From Eledone cirrhosa (lineage: Eukaryota): a stretch of DNA of 64,000 bases. Location of the stretch: the NCBI GenBank assembly GCA_964016885.1, contig OZ024741.1:415152001-415216000 (forward strand), in the 5' to 3' direction. Both the position numbers and the translations under genes were made by a program. The notes beneath the pieces are model-generated. The model saw only the letters and a program-made list of their open reading frames with translations, had not been told where the DNA came from and searched no databases. Each line of letters starts with the position of its first letter. Position 1 is the first letter of the stretch. Below are positions 40,901 through 54,188 of this stretch, piece by piece.

Positions 40901-41950
40901 AGAATTCTCTCACCTGTTTATGTTCAAACCAGCTGTATCTGGTCAGAATTCTCTCACTTCTTTCTGTTTAAACCAGCTGTATCTGGCCAGAATTCTCTCA
41001 ATTTATTTTCGTTCACACCAGCTGTATCTGACCAGAATTCCCTCACCTCTTTCTGTTCAAACCAGCTGTATCTGACCAGAATTCTCTCACTTCTTTCTGT
41101 TCAAACCAGCTGTATCTGCCCAGAATTCCCTCACCTCTTTCTGTTCAAACCAGCCGTATCTGCCCAGAATTCTCTTACCTCTTTCTGTTCAAACCAGCTG
41201 TATCTGCCCAGAATTCCCTCACCTCTTTCTGTTCAAACCAGCTGTATCTGACCAGAATTCTCTCACCTCTTTCTGTTCAAACCAGCTGTATCTGCCCAGA
41301 ATTCCCTCACCTCTTTCTGTTCAAACCAGCCGTATCTGCCCAGAATTCCCTCACCTCTTTCTGTTCAAACCAGCTGTATCTGGCCAGAATTCCCTTACCT
41401 CTTTCCGTTCAAATCATCTGTATCTGCCCAGAATTCTCTCACTTCTTTCTGTTCAAACCAGCTGTATCTGACCAGAATTCTCTCACTTCATTCTGTTCAA
41501 ACCAGCTGTATCTGACCAGAATTCTCTCACCTCTTTCTGTTCAAACCAGCTGTATCTGCCCAGAATTCCCTCACCTCTTTCTTTTCAAACCAGCTGTATC
41601 TGACCAGAATTCTCTCACTTCTTTATGTTAAAACCAGCTGTATCTGGCCAGAATTCTCTCACTTCTTTCTGTTCAAACCAGCTGTATCTGACCAGAATTC
41701 TCTCACCTCTTTCTGTTCAAACCAGCTGTATCTGCCCAGAATTCTCTCACCTCTTTCTATTCAAACCAGCTGTATCTGGCCAGAATTCTCTCACTTCTTT
41801 CTGTTTAAACCAGCTGTATCTGGCCAGAATTCTCTCACCTCTTTCTGTTCAAACCAGCCGTATCTGCCCAGAATTCCCTCACCTCATTCTGTTCAAACCA
41901 TCTGTATCTGACCAGAATTCCCTCTCCTCTTTCTGTTTAAACCATCTGTA
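15990..41950. repeat. 13,072-bp tandem duplication (297 monomers +4 bp), about 2 copies
   Basis: ORF starts 19328/32400, 23139/36211, 25050/38122 and 26748/39820. Private variants at the same offset: TATCTGGGCAG (17521/30593), GACTAGA (18362/31434), ATCGGGCC (21351/34423), CCCATAATTC (21620/34692). A 132-bp loss occurs near the end of copy 2 (28685 vs 41625). Confidence 0.94.
18587..18950. repeat. 220-bp (5-monomer) offset local duplication, also present at ~24.3, ~31.7 and ~37.4 kb
   Basis: The triplet CATTCTG...GTCCA / GCCG / CTTTTC starts at 18601 and again at 18821. Confidence 0.75.
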
Positions 41951-44900
41951 TCTGCCCAGAATTCTGTCACTTCTTTCTGTTCAAACCAGCTGTATCTGCC
42001 CAGAATTCCCTCACCTCTTTCTGTTTACACCTTCTGTATATGCCCAGAATTTTCTCACCTCTTTCTGTTCAAAGCAGCTGTATCTGCCCAGAATTCCCTC
42101 ACTTCTTTCTGTTGAAACCAGCTGTATCTGCCCAGAATTCCCTCACCTCTTTCTGTTCAAACCAGCTGTATCTGGCCAGAATTCCCTCACCTCTTTCTGT
42201 TCAAATCATCTGTATCTGCCCAGAATTCTCTCACTTCTTTCTGTTCAAACCAGCAATATTTGCCCAGAATTCCCTCACCTCTTTCTGTTCAAACCAGCTG
42301 TATCTGACCAGAATTCTCTCACTTCATTCTGTTCAAACCAGCTGTATCTGACCAGAATTCTCTCACCTCTTTCTGTTCAAACCAGCTGTATCTGACCAGA
42401 ATTCTCTCACCTCTTTCTTTTCAAACCAGCTGTATCTGCCCAGAATTCTCTCACCTGTTTCTGTTCAAATCAGCTGCATCTGGTCAGAATTCTCTCACTT
42501 CTTTCTGTTCAAACCAGCTGTTTCTGCCCAGAATTCCCTCACTTCTTTCTGTTCAAACCAGCTGTATCTGCCCAGAATTCCCTCACCTCTTTCTGTTCAA
42601 AGCAGCTGTATCTGCCCAGAATTCCCTCACTTCTTTCTGTTCAAACCAGCTGTATCTGCCCAGAATTCTCTCACCTGTTTATGTTCAAACCAGCTGTATC
42701 TGGTCAGAATTCTCTCACTTCTTTCTGTTTAAACCAGCTGTATCTGGCCAGAATTCTCTCAATTTATTTCTGTTCACACCAGCTGTATCTGACCAGAATT
42801 CCCTCACCTCTTTCTGTTCAAACCAGCTGTATCTGACCAGAATTCTCTCACTTCTTTCTGTTCAAACCAGCTGTATCTGCCCAGAATTCCCTCACCTCTT
42901 TCTGTTCAAACCAGCCGTATCTGCCCAGAATTCTCTTACCTCTTTCTGTTCAAACCAGCTGTATCTGCCCAGAATTCCCTCACCTCTTTCTGTTCAAACC
43001 AGCTGTATCTGACCAGAATTCTCTCACCTGTTTCTGTTCAAACCAGCTTTATCTGGCCAGAATTTTCTCACTTCTTTCTGTTTAAACCAGCTGTATCTGG
43101 CCAGAATTCTCTCACCTCTTTCTGTTCAAACCAGCCGTATCTGCCCAGAATTCCCTCACCTCATTCTGTTCAAACCATCTGTATCTGACCAGAATTCCCT
43201 CTCCTCTTTCTGTTTAAACCATCTGTATCTGCCCAGAATTCTGTCACTTCTTTCTGTTCAAACCAGCTGTATCTGCCCAGAATTCCCTCACCTCTTTCTG
43301 TTTACACCTTCTGTATATGCCCAGAATTTTCTCACCTCTTTCTGTTCAAAGCAGCTGTATCTGCCCAGAATTCCCTCACTTCTTTCTGTTGAAACCAGCT
43401 GTATCTGCCCAGAATTCCCTCACCTCTTTCTGTTCAAACCAGCTGTATCTGGCCAGAATTCCCTCACCTCTTTCTGTTCAAATCATCTGTATCTGCCCAG
43501 AATTCTCTCACTTCTTTCTGTTCAAACCAGCAATATTTGCCCAGAATTCCCTCACCTCTTTCTGTTCAAACCAGCTGTATCTGACCAGAATTCTCTCACT
43601 TCATTCTGTTCAAACCAGCTGTATCTGACCAGAATTCTCTCACCTCTTTCTGTTCAAACCAGCTGTATCTGCCCAGAATTCTCTCACCTGTTTCTGTTCA
43701 AATCAGCTGCATCTGGTCAGAATTCTCTCACTTCTTTCTGTTTAAACCAGCTGTATCTGGTCAGAATTCTCTCACTTCTTTCTGTTCAAACCAGCTGTAT
43801 CTGACCAGAATTCCCTCACCTCTTTCTGTTCAAACCAGCTGTATCTGCCCAGAATTCCCTCACTTCTCTCTGTTCAAACCAGCTGTATCTGCCCAGAATT
43901 CCCTCACCTCTTTCTGTTCACAACAGCTGTATCTGCCCAGAATTCCCTCACTTCTTTCTGTTCAAACCAGCTGTATCTGCCCAGAATTCTCTCACCTGTT
44001 TATGTTCAAACCAGCTGTATCTGGTCAGAATTCTCTCACTTCTTTCTGTTTAAACCAGCTGTATCTGGCCAGAATTCTCTCAATTTATTTTCGTTCACAC
44101 CAGCTGTATCTGACCAGAATTCCCTCACCTCTTTCTGTTCAAACCAGCTGTATCTGACCAGAATTCTCTCACTTCTTTCTGTTCAAACCAGCTGTATCTG
44201 CCCAGAATTCCCTCACCTCTTTCTGTTCAAACCAGCCGTATCTGCCCAGAATTCTCTTACCTCTTTCTGTTCAAACCAGCTGTATCTGCCCAGAATTCCC
44301 TCACCTCTTTCTGTTCAAACCAGCTGTATCTGACCAGAATTCTCTCACCTCTTTCTGTTCAAACCAGCTGTATCTGCCCAGAATTCCCTCACCTCTTTCT
44401 GTTCAAACCAGCCGTATCTGCCCAGAATTCCCTCACCTCTTTCTGTTCAAACCAGCTGTATCTGGCCAGAATTCCCTTACCTCTTTCCGTTCAAATCATC
44501 TGTATCTGCCCAGAATTCTCTCACTTCTTTCTGTTCAAACCAGCTGTATCTGACCAGAATTCTCTCACTTCATTCTGTTCAAACCAGCTGTATCTGACCA
44601 GAATTCTCTCACCTCTTTCTGTTCAAACCAGCTGTATCTGCCCAGAATTCCCTCACTTCTTTCTGTTCAAACCAGCTGTATCTGCCCAGAAATCCCTCAC
44701 CTCTTTCTGTTCAAACCAGCTGTATCTGCCCAGAATTCTCTCACCTCATTCTGTTCAAACCAGCTGTATCTGCCCAGAATTCCCTCACCTCTTTCTTTTC
44801 AAACCAGCTGTATCTGACCAGAATTCTCTCACTTCTTTATGTTAAAACCAGCTGTATCTGGCCAGAATTCTCTCACTTCTTTCTGTTCAAACCAGCTGTA

Positions 44901-47900
44901 TCTGACCAGAATTCTCTCACCTCTTTCTGTTCAAACCAGCTGTATCTGCCCAGAATTCTCTCACCTCTTTCTATTCAAACCAGCTGTATCTGGCCAGAAT
45001 TCTCTCACTTCTTTCTGTTTAAACCAGCTGTATCTGGCCAGAATTCTCTCACCTCTTTCTGTTCAAACCAGCCGTATCTGCCCAGAATTCCCTCACCTCA
45101 TTCTGTTCAAACCATCTGTATCTGACCAGAATTCCCTCTCCTCTTTCTGTTTAAACCATCTGTATCTGCCCAGAATTCTGTCACTTCTTTCTGTTCAAAC
45201 CAGCTGTATCTGCCCAGAATTCCCTCACCTCTTTCTGTTTACACCTTCTGTATATGCCCAGAATTTTCTCACCTCTTTCTGTTCAAAGCAGCTGTATCTG
45301 CCCAGAATTCCCTCACTTCTTTCTGTTGAAACCAGCTGTATCTGCCCAGAATTCCCTCACCTCTTTCTGTTCAAACCAGCTGTATCTGGCCAGAATTCCC
45401 TCACCTCTTTCTGTTCAAATCATCTGTATCTGCCCAGAATTCTCTCACTTCTTTCTGTTCAAACCAGCAATATTTGCCCAGAATTCCCTCACCTCTTTCT
45501 GTTCAAACCAGCTGTATCTGACCAGAATTCTCTCACTTCATTCTGTTCAAACCAGCTGTATCTGACCAGAATTCTCTCACCTCTTTCTGTTCAAACCAGC
45601 TGTATCTGACCAGAATTCTCTCACCTCTTTCTTTTCAAACCAGCTGTATCTGCCCAGAATTCTCTCACCTGTTTCTGTTCAAATCAGCTGCATCTGGTCA
45701 GAATTCTCTCACTTCTTTCTGTTCAAACCAGCTGTTTCTGCCCAGAATTCCCTCACTTCTTTCTGTTCAAACCAGCTGTATCTGCCCAGAATTCCCTCAC
45801 CTCTTTCTGTTCACAACAGCTGTATCTGCCCAGAATTCCCTCACTTCTTTCTGTTCAAACCAGCTGTATCTGCCCAGAATTCTCTCACCTGTTTATGTTC
45901 AAACCAGCTGTATCTGGTCAGAATTCTCTCACTTCTTTCTGTTTAAACCAGCTGTATCTGGCCAGAATTCTCTCAATTTATTTCTGTTCACACCAGCTGT
46001 ATCTGACCAGAATTCCCTCACCTCTTTCTGTTCAAACCAGCTGTATCTGACCAGAATTCTCTCACTTCTTTCTGTTCAAACCAGCTGTATCTGCCCAGAA
46101 TTCCCTCACCTCTTTCTGTTCAAACCAGCCGTATCTGCCCAGAATTCTCTTACCTCTTTCTGTTCAAACCAGCTGTATCTGCCCAGAATTCCCTCACCTC
46201 TTTCTGTTCAAACCAGCTGTATCTGACCAGAATTCTCTCACCTGTTTCTGTTCAAACCAGCTTTATCTGGCCAGAATTTTCTCACTTCTTTCTGTTTAAA
46301 CCAGCTGTATCTGGCCAGAATTCTCTCACCTCTTTCTGTTCAAACCAGCCGTATCTGCCCAGAATTCCCTCACCTCATTCTGTTCAAACCATCTGTATCT
46401 GACCAGAATTCCCTCTCCTCTTTCTGTTTAAACCATCTGTATCTGCCCAGAATTCCCTCACTTCTTTCTGTTCAAACCAGCTGTATCTGCCCAGAATTCC
46501 CTCACCTCTTTCTGTTTACACCTTCTGTATATGCCCAGAATTTTCTCACCTCTTTCTGTTCAAAGCAGCTGTATCTGCCCAGAATTCCCTCACTTCTTTC
46601 TGTTGAAACCAGCTGTATCTGCCCAGAATTCCCTCACCTCTTTCTGTTCAAACCAGCTGTATCTGGCCAGAATTCCCTCACCTCTTTCTGTTCAAATCAT
46701 CTGTATCTGCCCAGAATTCTCTCACTTCTTTCTGTTCAAACCAGCAATATTTGCCCAGAATTCCCTCACCTCTTTCTGTTCAAACCAGCTGTATCTGACC
46801 AGAATTCTCTCACTTCATTCTGTTCAAACCAGCTGTATCTGACCAGAATTCTCTCACCTCTTTCTGTTCAAACCAGCTGTATCTGACCAGAATTCTCTCA
46901 CCTCTTTCTTTTCAAACCAGCTGTATCTGCCCAGAATTCTCTCACCTGTTTCTGTTCAAATCAGCTGCATCTGGTCAGAATTCTCTCACTTCTTTCTGTT
47001 CAAACCAGCTGTTTCTGCCCAGAATTCCCTCACTTCTTTCTGTTCAAACCAGCTGTATCTGCCCAGAATTCCCTCACCTCTTTCTGTTCACAACAGCTGT
47101 ATCTGCCCAGAATTCCCTCACTTCTTTCTGTTCAAACCAGCTGTATCTGCCCAGAATTCTCTCACCTGTTTATGTTCAAACCAGCTGTATCTGGTCAGAA
47201 TTCTCTCACTTCTTTCTGTTTAAACCAGCTGTATCTGGCCAGAATTCTCTCAATTTATTTCTGTTCACACCAGCTGTATCTGACCAGAATTCCCTCACCT
47301 CTTTCTGTTCAAACCAGCTGTATCTGACCAGAATTCTCTCACTTCTTTCTGTTCAAACCAGCTGTATCTGCCCAGAATTCCCTCACCTCTTTCTGTTCAA
47401 ACCAGCCGTATCTGCCCAGAATTCTCTTACCTCTTTCTGTTCAAACCAGCTGTATCTGCCCAGAATTCCCTCACCTCTTTCTGTTCAAACCAGCTGTATC
47501 TGACCAGAATTCTCTCACCTGTTTCTGTTCAAACCAGCTGTATCTGCCCAGAATTCTCTCACCTGTTTATGTTCAAACCAGCTGTATCTGGTCAGAATTC
47601 TCTCACTTCTTTCTGTTTAAACCAGCTGTATCTGGCCAGAATTCTCTCAATTTATTTTCGTTCACACCAGCTGTATCTGACCAGAATTCCCTCACCTCTT
47701 TCTGTTCAAACCAGCTGTATCTGACCAGAATTCTCTCACTTCTTTCTGTTCAAACCAGCTGTATCTGCCCAGAATTCCCTCACCTCTTTCTGTTCAAACC
47801 AGCCGTATCTGCCCAGAATTCTCTTACCTCTTTCTGTTCAAACCAGCTGTATCTGCCCAGAATTCCCTCACCTCTTTCTGTTCAAACCAGCTGTATCTGA

Positions 47901-50900
47901 CCAGAATTCTCTCACCTCTTTCTGTTCAAACCAGCTGTATCTGCCCAGAATTCCCTCACCTCTTTCTGTTCAAACCAGCCGTATCTGCCCAGAATTCCCT
48001 CACCTCTTTCTGTTCAAACCAGCTGTATCTGGCCAGAATTCCCTTACCTCTTTCCGTTCAAATCATCTGTATCTGCCCAGAATTCTCTCACTTCTTTCTG
48101 TTCAAACCAGCTGTATCTGACCAGAATTCTCTCACTTCATTCTGTTCAAACCAGCTGTATCTGACCAGAATTCTCTCACCTCTTTCTGTTCAAACCAGCT
48201 GTATCTGCCCAGAATTCCCTCACCTCTTTCTTTTCAAACCAGCTGTATCTGACCAGAATTCTCTCACTTCTTTATGTTAAAACCAGCTGTATCTGGCCAG
48301 AATTCTCTCACTTCTTTCTGTTCAAACCAGCTGTATCTGACCAGAATTCTCTCACCTCTTTCTGTTCAAACCAGCTGTATCTGCCCAGAATTCTCTCACC
48401 TCTTTCTATTCAAACCAGCTGTATCTGGCCAGAATTCTCTCACTTCTTTCTGTTTAAACCAGCTGTATCTGGCCAGAATTCTCTCACCTCTTTCTGTTCA
48501 AACCAGCCGTATCTGCCCAGAATTCCCTCACCTCATTCTGTTCAAACCATCTGTATCTGACCAGAATTCCCTCTCCTCTTTCTGTTTAAACCATCTGTAT
48601 CTGCCCAGAATTCTGTCACTTCTTTCTGTTCAAACCAGCTGTATCTGCCCAGAATTCCCTCACCTCTTTCTGTTTACACCTTCTGTATATGCCCAGAATT
48701 TTCTCACCTCTTTCTGTTCAAAGCAGCTGTATCTGCCCAGAATTCCCTCACTTCTTTCTGTTGAAACCAGCTGTATCTGCCCAGAATTCCCTCACCTCTT
48801 TCTGTTCAAACCAGCTGTATCTGGCCAGAATTCCCTCACCTCTTTCTGTTCAAATCATCTGTATCTGCCCAGAATTCTCTCACTTCTTTCTGTTCAAACC
48901 AGCAATATTTGCCCAGAATTCCCTCACCTCTTTCTGTTCAAACCAGCTGTATCTGACCAGAATTCTCTCACTTCATTCTGTTCAAACCAGCTGTATCTGA
49001 CCAGAATTCTCTCACCTCTTTCTGTTCAAACCAGCTGTATCTGACCAGAATTCTCTCACCTCTTTCTTTTCAAACCAGCTGTATCTGCCCAGAATTCTCT
49101 CACCTGTTTCTGTTCAAATCAGCTGCATCTGGTCAGAATTCTCTCACTTCTTTCTGTTCAAACCAGCTGTTTCTGCCCAGAATTCCCTCACTTCTTTCTG
49201 TTCAAACCAGCTGTATCTGCCCAGAATTCCCTCACCTCTTTCTGTTCAAAGCAGCTGTATCTGCCCAGAATTCCCTCACTTCTTTCTGTTCAAACCAGCT
49301 GTATCTGCCCAGAATTCTCTCACCTGTTTATGTTCAAACCAGCTGTATCTGGTCAGAATTCTCTCACTTCTTTCTGTTTAAACCAGCTGTATCTGGCCAG
49401 AATTCTCTCAATTTATTTCTGTTCACACCAGCTGTATCTGACCAGAATTCCCTCACCTCTTTCTGTTCAAACCAGCTGTATCTGACCAGAATTCTCTCAC
49501 TTCTTTCTGTTCAAACCAGCTGTATCTGCCCAGAATTCCCTCACCTCTTTCTGTTCAAACCAGCCGTATCTGCCCAGAATTCTCTTACCTCTTTCTGTTC
49601 AAACCAGCTGTATCTGCCCAGAATTCCCTCACCTCTTTCTGTTCAAACCAGCTGTATCTGACCAGAATTCTCTCACCTGTTTCTGTTCAAACCAGCTTTA
49701 TCTGGCCAGAATTTTCTCACTTCTTTCTGTTTAAACCAGCTGTATCTGGCCAGAATTCTCTCACCTCTTTCTGTTCAAACCAGCCGTATCTGCCCAGAAT
49801 TCCCTCACCTCATTCTGTTCAAACCATCTGTATCTGACCAGAATTCCCTCTCCTCTTTCTGTTTAAACCATCTGTATCTGCCCAGAATTCTGTCACTTCT
49901 TTCTGTTCAAACCAGCTGTATCTGCCCAGAATTCCCTCACCTCTTTCTGTTTACACCTTCTGTATATGCCCAGAATTTTCTCACCTCTTTCTGTTCAAAG
50001 CAGCTGTATCTGCCCAGAATTCCCTCACTTCTTTCTGTTGAAACCAGCTGTATCTGCCCAGAATTCCCTCACCTCTTTCTGTTCAAACCAGCTGTATCTG
50101 GCCAGAATTCCCTCACCTCTTTCTGTTCAAATCATCTGTATCTGCCCAGAATTCTCTCACTTCTTTCTGTTCAAACCAGCAATATTTGCCCAGAATTCCC
50201 TCACCTCTTTCTGTTCAAACCAGCTGTATCTGACCAGAATTCTCTCACTTCATTCTGTTCAAACCAGCTGTATCTGACCAGAATTCTCTCACCTCTTTCT
50301 GTTCAAACCAGCTGTATCTGCCCAGAATTCTCTCACCTGTTTCTGTTCAAATCAGCTGCATCTGGTCAGAATTCTCTCACTTCTTTCTGTTTAAACCAGC
50401 TGTATCTGGTCAGAATTCTCTCACTTCTTTCTGTTCAAACCAGCTGTATCTGACCAGAATTCCCTCACCTCTTTCTGTTCAAACCAGCTGTATCTGCCCA
50501 GAATTCCCTCACTTCTCTCTGTTCAAACCAGCTGTATCTGCCCAGAATTCCCTCACCTCTTTCTGTTCACAACAGCTGTATCTGCCCAGAATTCCCTCAC
50601 TTCTTTCTGTTCAAACCAGCTGTATCTGCCCAGAATTCTCTCACCTGTTTATGTTCAAACCAGCTGTATCTGGTCAGAATTCTCTCACTTCTTTCTGTTT
50701 AAACCAGCTGTATCTGGCCAGAATTCTCTCAATTTATTTTCGTTCACACCAGCTGTATCTGACCAGAATTCCCTCACCTCTTTCTGTTCAAACCAGCTGT
50801 ATCTGACCAGAATTCTCTCACTTCTTTCTGTTCAAACCAGCTGTATCTGCCCAGAATTCCCTCACCTCTTTCTGTTCAAACCAGCCGTATCTGCCCAGAA

Positions 50901-53900
50901 TTCTCTTACCTCTTTCTGTTCAAACCAGCTGTATCTGCCCAGAATTCCCTCACCTCTTTCTGTTCAAACCAGCTGTATCTGACCAGAATTCTCTCACCTC
51001 TTTCTGTTCAAACCAGCTGTATCTGCCCAGAATTCCCTCACCTCTTTCTGTTCAAACCAGCCGTATCTGCCCAGAATTCCCTCACCTCTTTCTGTTCAAA
51101 CCAGCTGTATCTGGCCAGAATTCCCTTACCTCTTTCCGTTCAAATCATCTGTATCTGCCCAGAATTCTCTCACTTCTTTCTGTTCAAACCAGCTGTATCT
51201 GACCAGAATTCTCTCACTTCATTCTGTTCAAACCAGCTGTATCTGACCAGAATTCTCTCACCTCTTTCTGTTCAAACCAGCTGTATCTGCCCAGAATTCC
51301 CTCACTTCTTTCTGTTCAAACCAGCTGTATCTGCCCAGAAATCCCTCACCTCTTTCTGTTCAAACCAGCTGTATCTGCCCAGAATTCTCTCACCTCATTC
51401 TGTTCAAACCAGCTGTATCTGCCCAGAATTCCCTCACCTCTTTCTTTTCAAACCAGCTGTATCTGACCAGAATTCTCTCACTTCTTTATGTTAAAACCAG
51501 CTGTATCTGGCCAGAATTCTCTCACTTCTTTCTGTTCAAACCAGCTGTATCTGACCAGAATTCTCTCACCTCTTTCTGTTCAAACCAGCTGTATCTGCCC
51601 AGAATTCTCTCACCTCTTTCTATTCAAACCAGCTGTATCTGGCCAGAATTCTCTCACTTCTTTCTGTTTAAACCAGCTGTATCTGGCCAGAATTCTCTCA
51701 CCTCTTTCTGTTCAAACCAGCCGTATCTGCCCAGAATTCCCTCACCTCATTCTGTTCAAACCATCTGTATCTGACCAGAATTCCCTCTCCTCTTTCTGTT
51801 TAAACCATCTGTATCTGCCCAGAATTCTGTCACTTCTTTCTGTTCAAACCAGCTGTATCTGCCCAGAATTCCCTCACCTCTTTCTGTTTACACCTTCTGT
51901 ATATGCCCAGAATTTTCTCACCTCTTTCTGTTCAAAGCAGCTGTATCTGCCCAGAATTCCCTCACTTCTTTCTGTTGAAACCAGCTGTATCTGCCCAGAA
52001 TTCCCTCACCTCTTTCTGTTCAAACCAGCTGTATCTGGCCAGAATTCCCTCACCTCTTTCTGTTCAAATCATCTGTATCTGCCCAGAATTCTCTCACTTC
52101 TTTCTGTTCAAACCAGCAATATTTGCCCAGAATTCCCTCACCTCTTTCTGTTCAAACCAGCTGTATCTGACCAGAATTCTCTCACTTCATTCTGTTCAAA
52201 CCAGCTGTATCTGACCAGAATTCTCTCACCTCTTTCTGTTCAAACCAGCTGTATCTGACCAGAATTCTCTCACCTCTTTCTTTTCAAACCAGCTGTATCT
52301 GCCCAGAATTCTCTCACCTGTTTCTGTTCAAATCAGCTGCATCTGGTCAGAATTCTCTCACTTCTTTCTGTTCAAACCAGCTGTTTCTGCCCAGAATTCC
52401 CTCACTTCTTTCTGTTCAAACCAGCTGTATCTGCCCAGAATTCCCTCACCTCTTTCTGTTCACAACAGCTGTATCTGCCCAGAATTCCCTCACTTCTTTC
52501 TGTTCAAACCAGCTGTATCTGCCCAGAATTCTCTCACCTGTTTATGTTCAAACCAGCTGTATCTGGTCAGAATTCTCTCACTTCTTTCTGTTTAAACCAG
52601 CTGTATCTGGCCAGAATTCTCTCAATTTATTTCTGTTCACACCAGCTGTATCTGACCAGAATTCCCTCACCTCTTTCTGTTCAAACCAGCTGTATCTGAC
52701 CAGAATTCTCTCACTTCTTTCTGTTCAAACCAGCTGTATCTGCCCAGAATTCCCTCACCTCTTTCTGTTCAAACCAGCCGTATCTGCCCAGAATTCTCTT
52801 ACCTCTTTCTGTTCAAACCAGCTGTATCTGCCCAGAATTCCCTCACCTCTTTCTGTTCAAACCAGCTGTATCTGACCAGAATTCTCTCACCTGTTTCTGT
52901 TCAAACCAGCTTTATCTGGCCAGAATTTTCTCACTTCTTTCTGTTTAAACCAGCTGTATCTGGCCAGAATTCTCTCACCTCTTTCTGTTCAAACCAGCCG
53001 TATCTGCCCAGAATTCCCTCACCTCATTCTGTTCAAACCATCTGTATCTGACCAGAATTCCCTCTCCTCTTTCTGTTTAAACCATCTGTATCTGCCCAGA
53101 ATTCCCTCACTTCTTTCTGTTCAAACCAGCTGTATCTGCCCAGAATTCCCTCACCTCTTTCTGTTTACACCTTCTGTATATGCCCAGAATTTTCTCACCT
53201 CTTTCTGTTCAAAGCAGCTGTATCTGCCCAGAATTCCCTCACTTCTTTCTGTTGAAACCAGCTGTATCTGCCCAGAATTCCCTCACCTCTTTCTGTTCAA
53301 ACCAGCTGTATCTGGCCAGAATTCCCTCACCTCTTTCTGTTCAAATCATCTGTATCTGCCCAGAATTCTCTCACTTCTTTCTGTTCAAACCAGCAATATT
53401 TGCCCAGAATTCCCTCACCTCTTTCTGTTCAAACCAGCTGTATCTGACCAGAATTCTCTCACTTCATTCTGTTCAAACCAGCTGTATCTGACCAGAATTC
53501 TCTCACCTCTTTCTGTTCAAACCAGCTGTATCTGACCAGAATTCTCTCACCTCTTTCTTTTCAAACCAGCTGTATCTGCCCAGAATTCTCTCACCTGTTT
53601 CTGTTCAAATCAGCTGCATCTGGTCAGAATTCTCTCACTTCTTTCTGTTCAAACCAGCTGTTTCTGCCCAGAATTCCCTCACTTCTTTCTGTTCAAACCA
53701 GCTGTATCTGCCCAGAATTCCCTCACCTCTTTCTGTTCACAACAGCTGTATCTGCCCAGAATTCCCTCACTTCTTTCTGTTCAAACCAGCTGTATCTGCC
53801 CAGAATTCTCTCACCTGTTTATGTTCAAACCAGCTGTATCTGGTCAGAATTCTCTCACTTCTTTCTGTTTAAACCAGCTGTATCTGGCCAGAATTCTCTC

Positions 53901-54188
53901 AATTTATTTCTGTTCACACCAGCTGTATCTGACCAGAATTCCCTCACCTCTTTCTGTTCAAACCAGCTGTATCTGACCAGAATTCTCTCACTTCTTTCTG
54001 TTCAAACCAGCTGTATCTGCCCAGAATTCCCTCACCTCTTTCTGTTCAAACCAGCCGTATCTGCCCAGAATTCTCTTACCTCTTTCTGTTCAAACCAGCT
54101 GTATCTGCCCAGAATTCCCTCACCTCTTTCTGTTCAAACCAGCTGTATCTGACCAGAATTCTCTCACCTGTTTCTGTTCAAACCAGCT
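40875..54188. repeat. 6,649-bp tandem duplication (151 monomers +5 bp), with internal 3,214-bp and 1,277-bp periodicity
   Basis: ORF starts 41625/48274, 43317/49966, 44839/51488 and 46531/53180. Shared private AAAGCAGC in place of CACAACAGC at ~42,600/49,249. Internal offsets 41625->44839 = 3,214 and 42040->43317 = 1,277. Confidence 0.92.
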
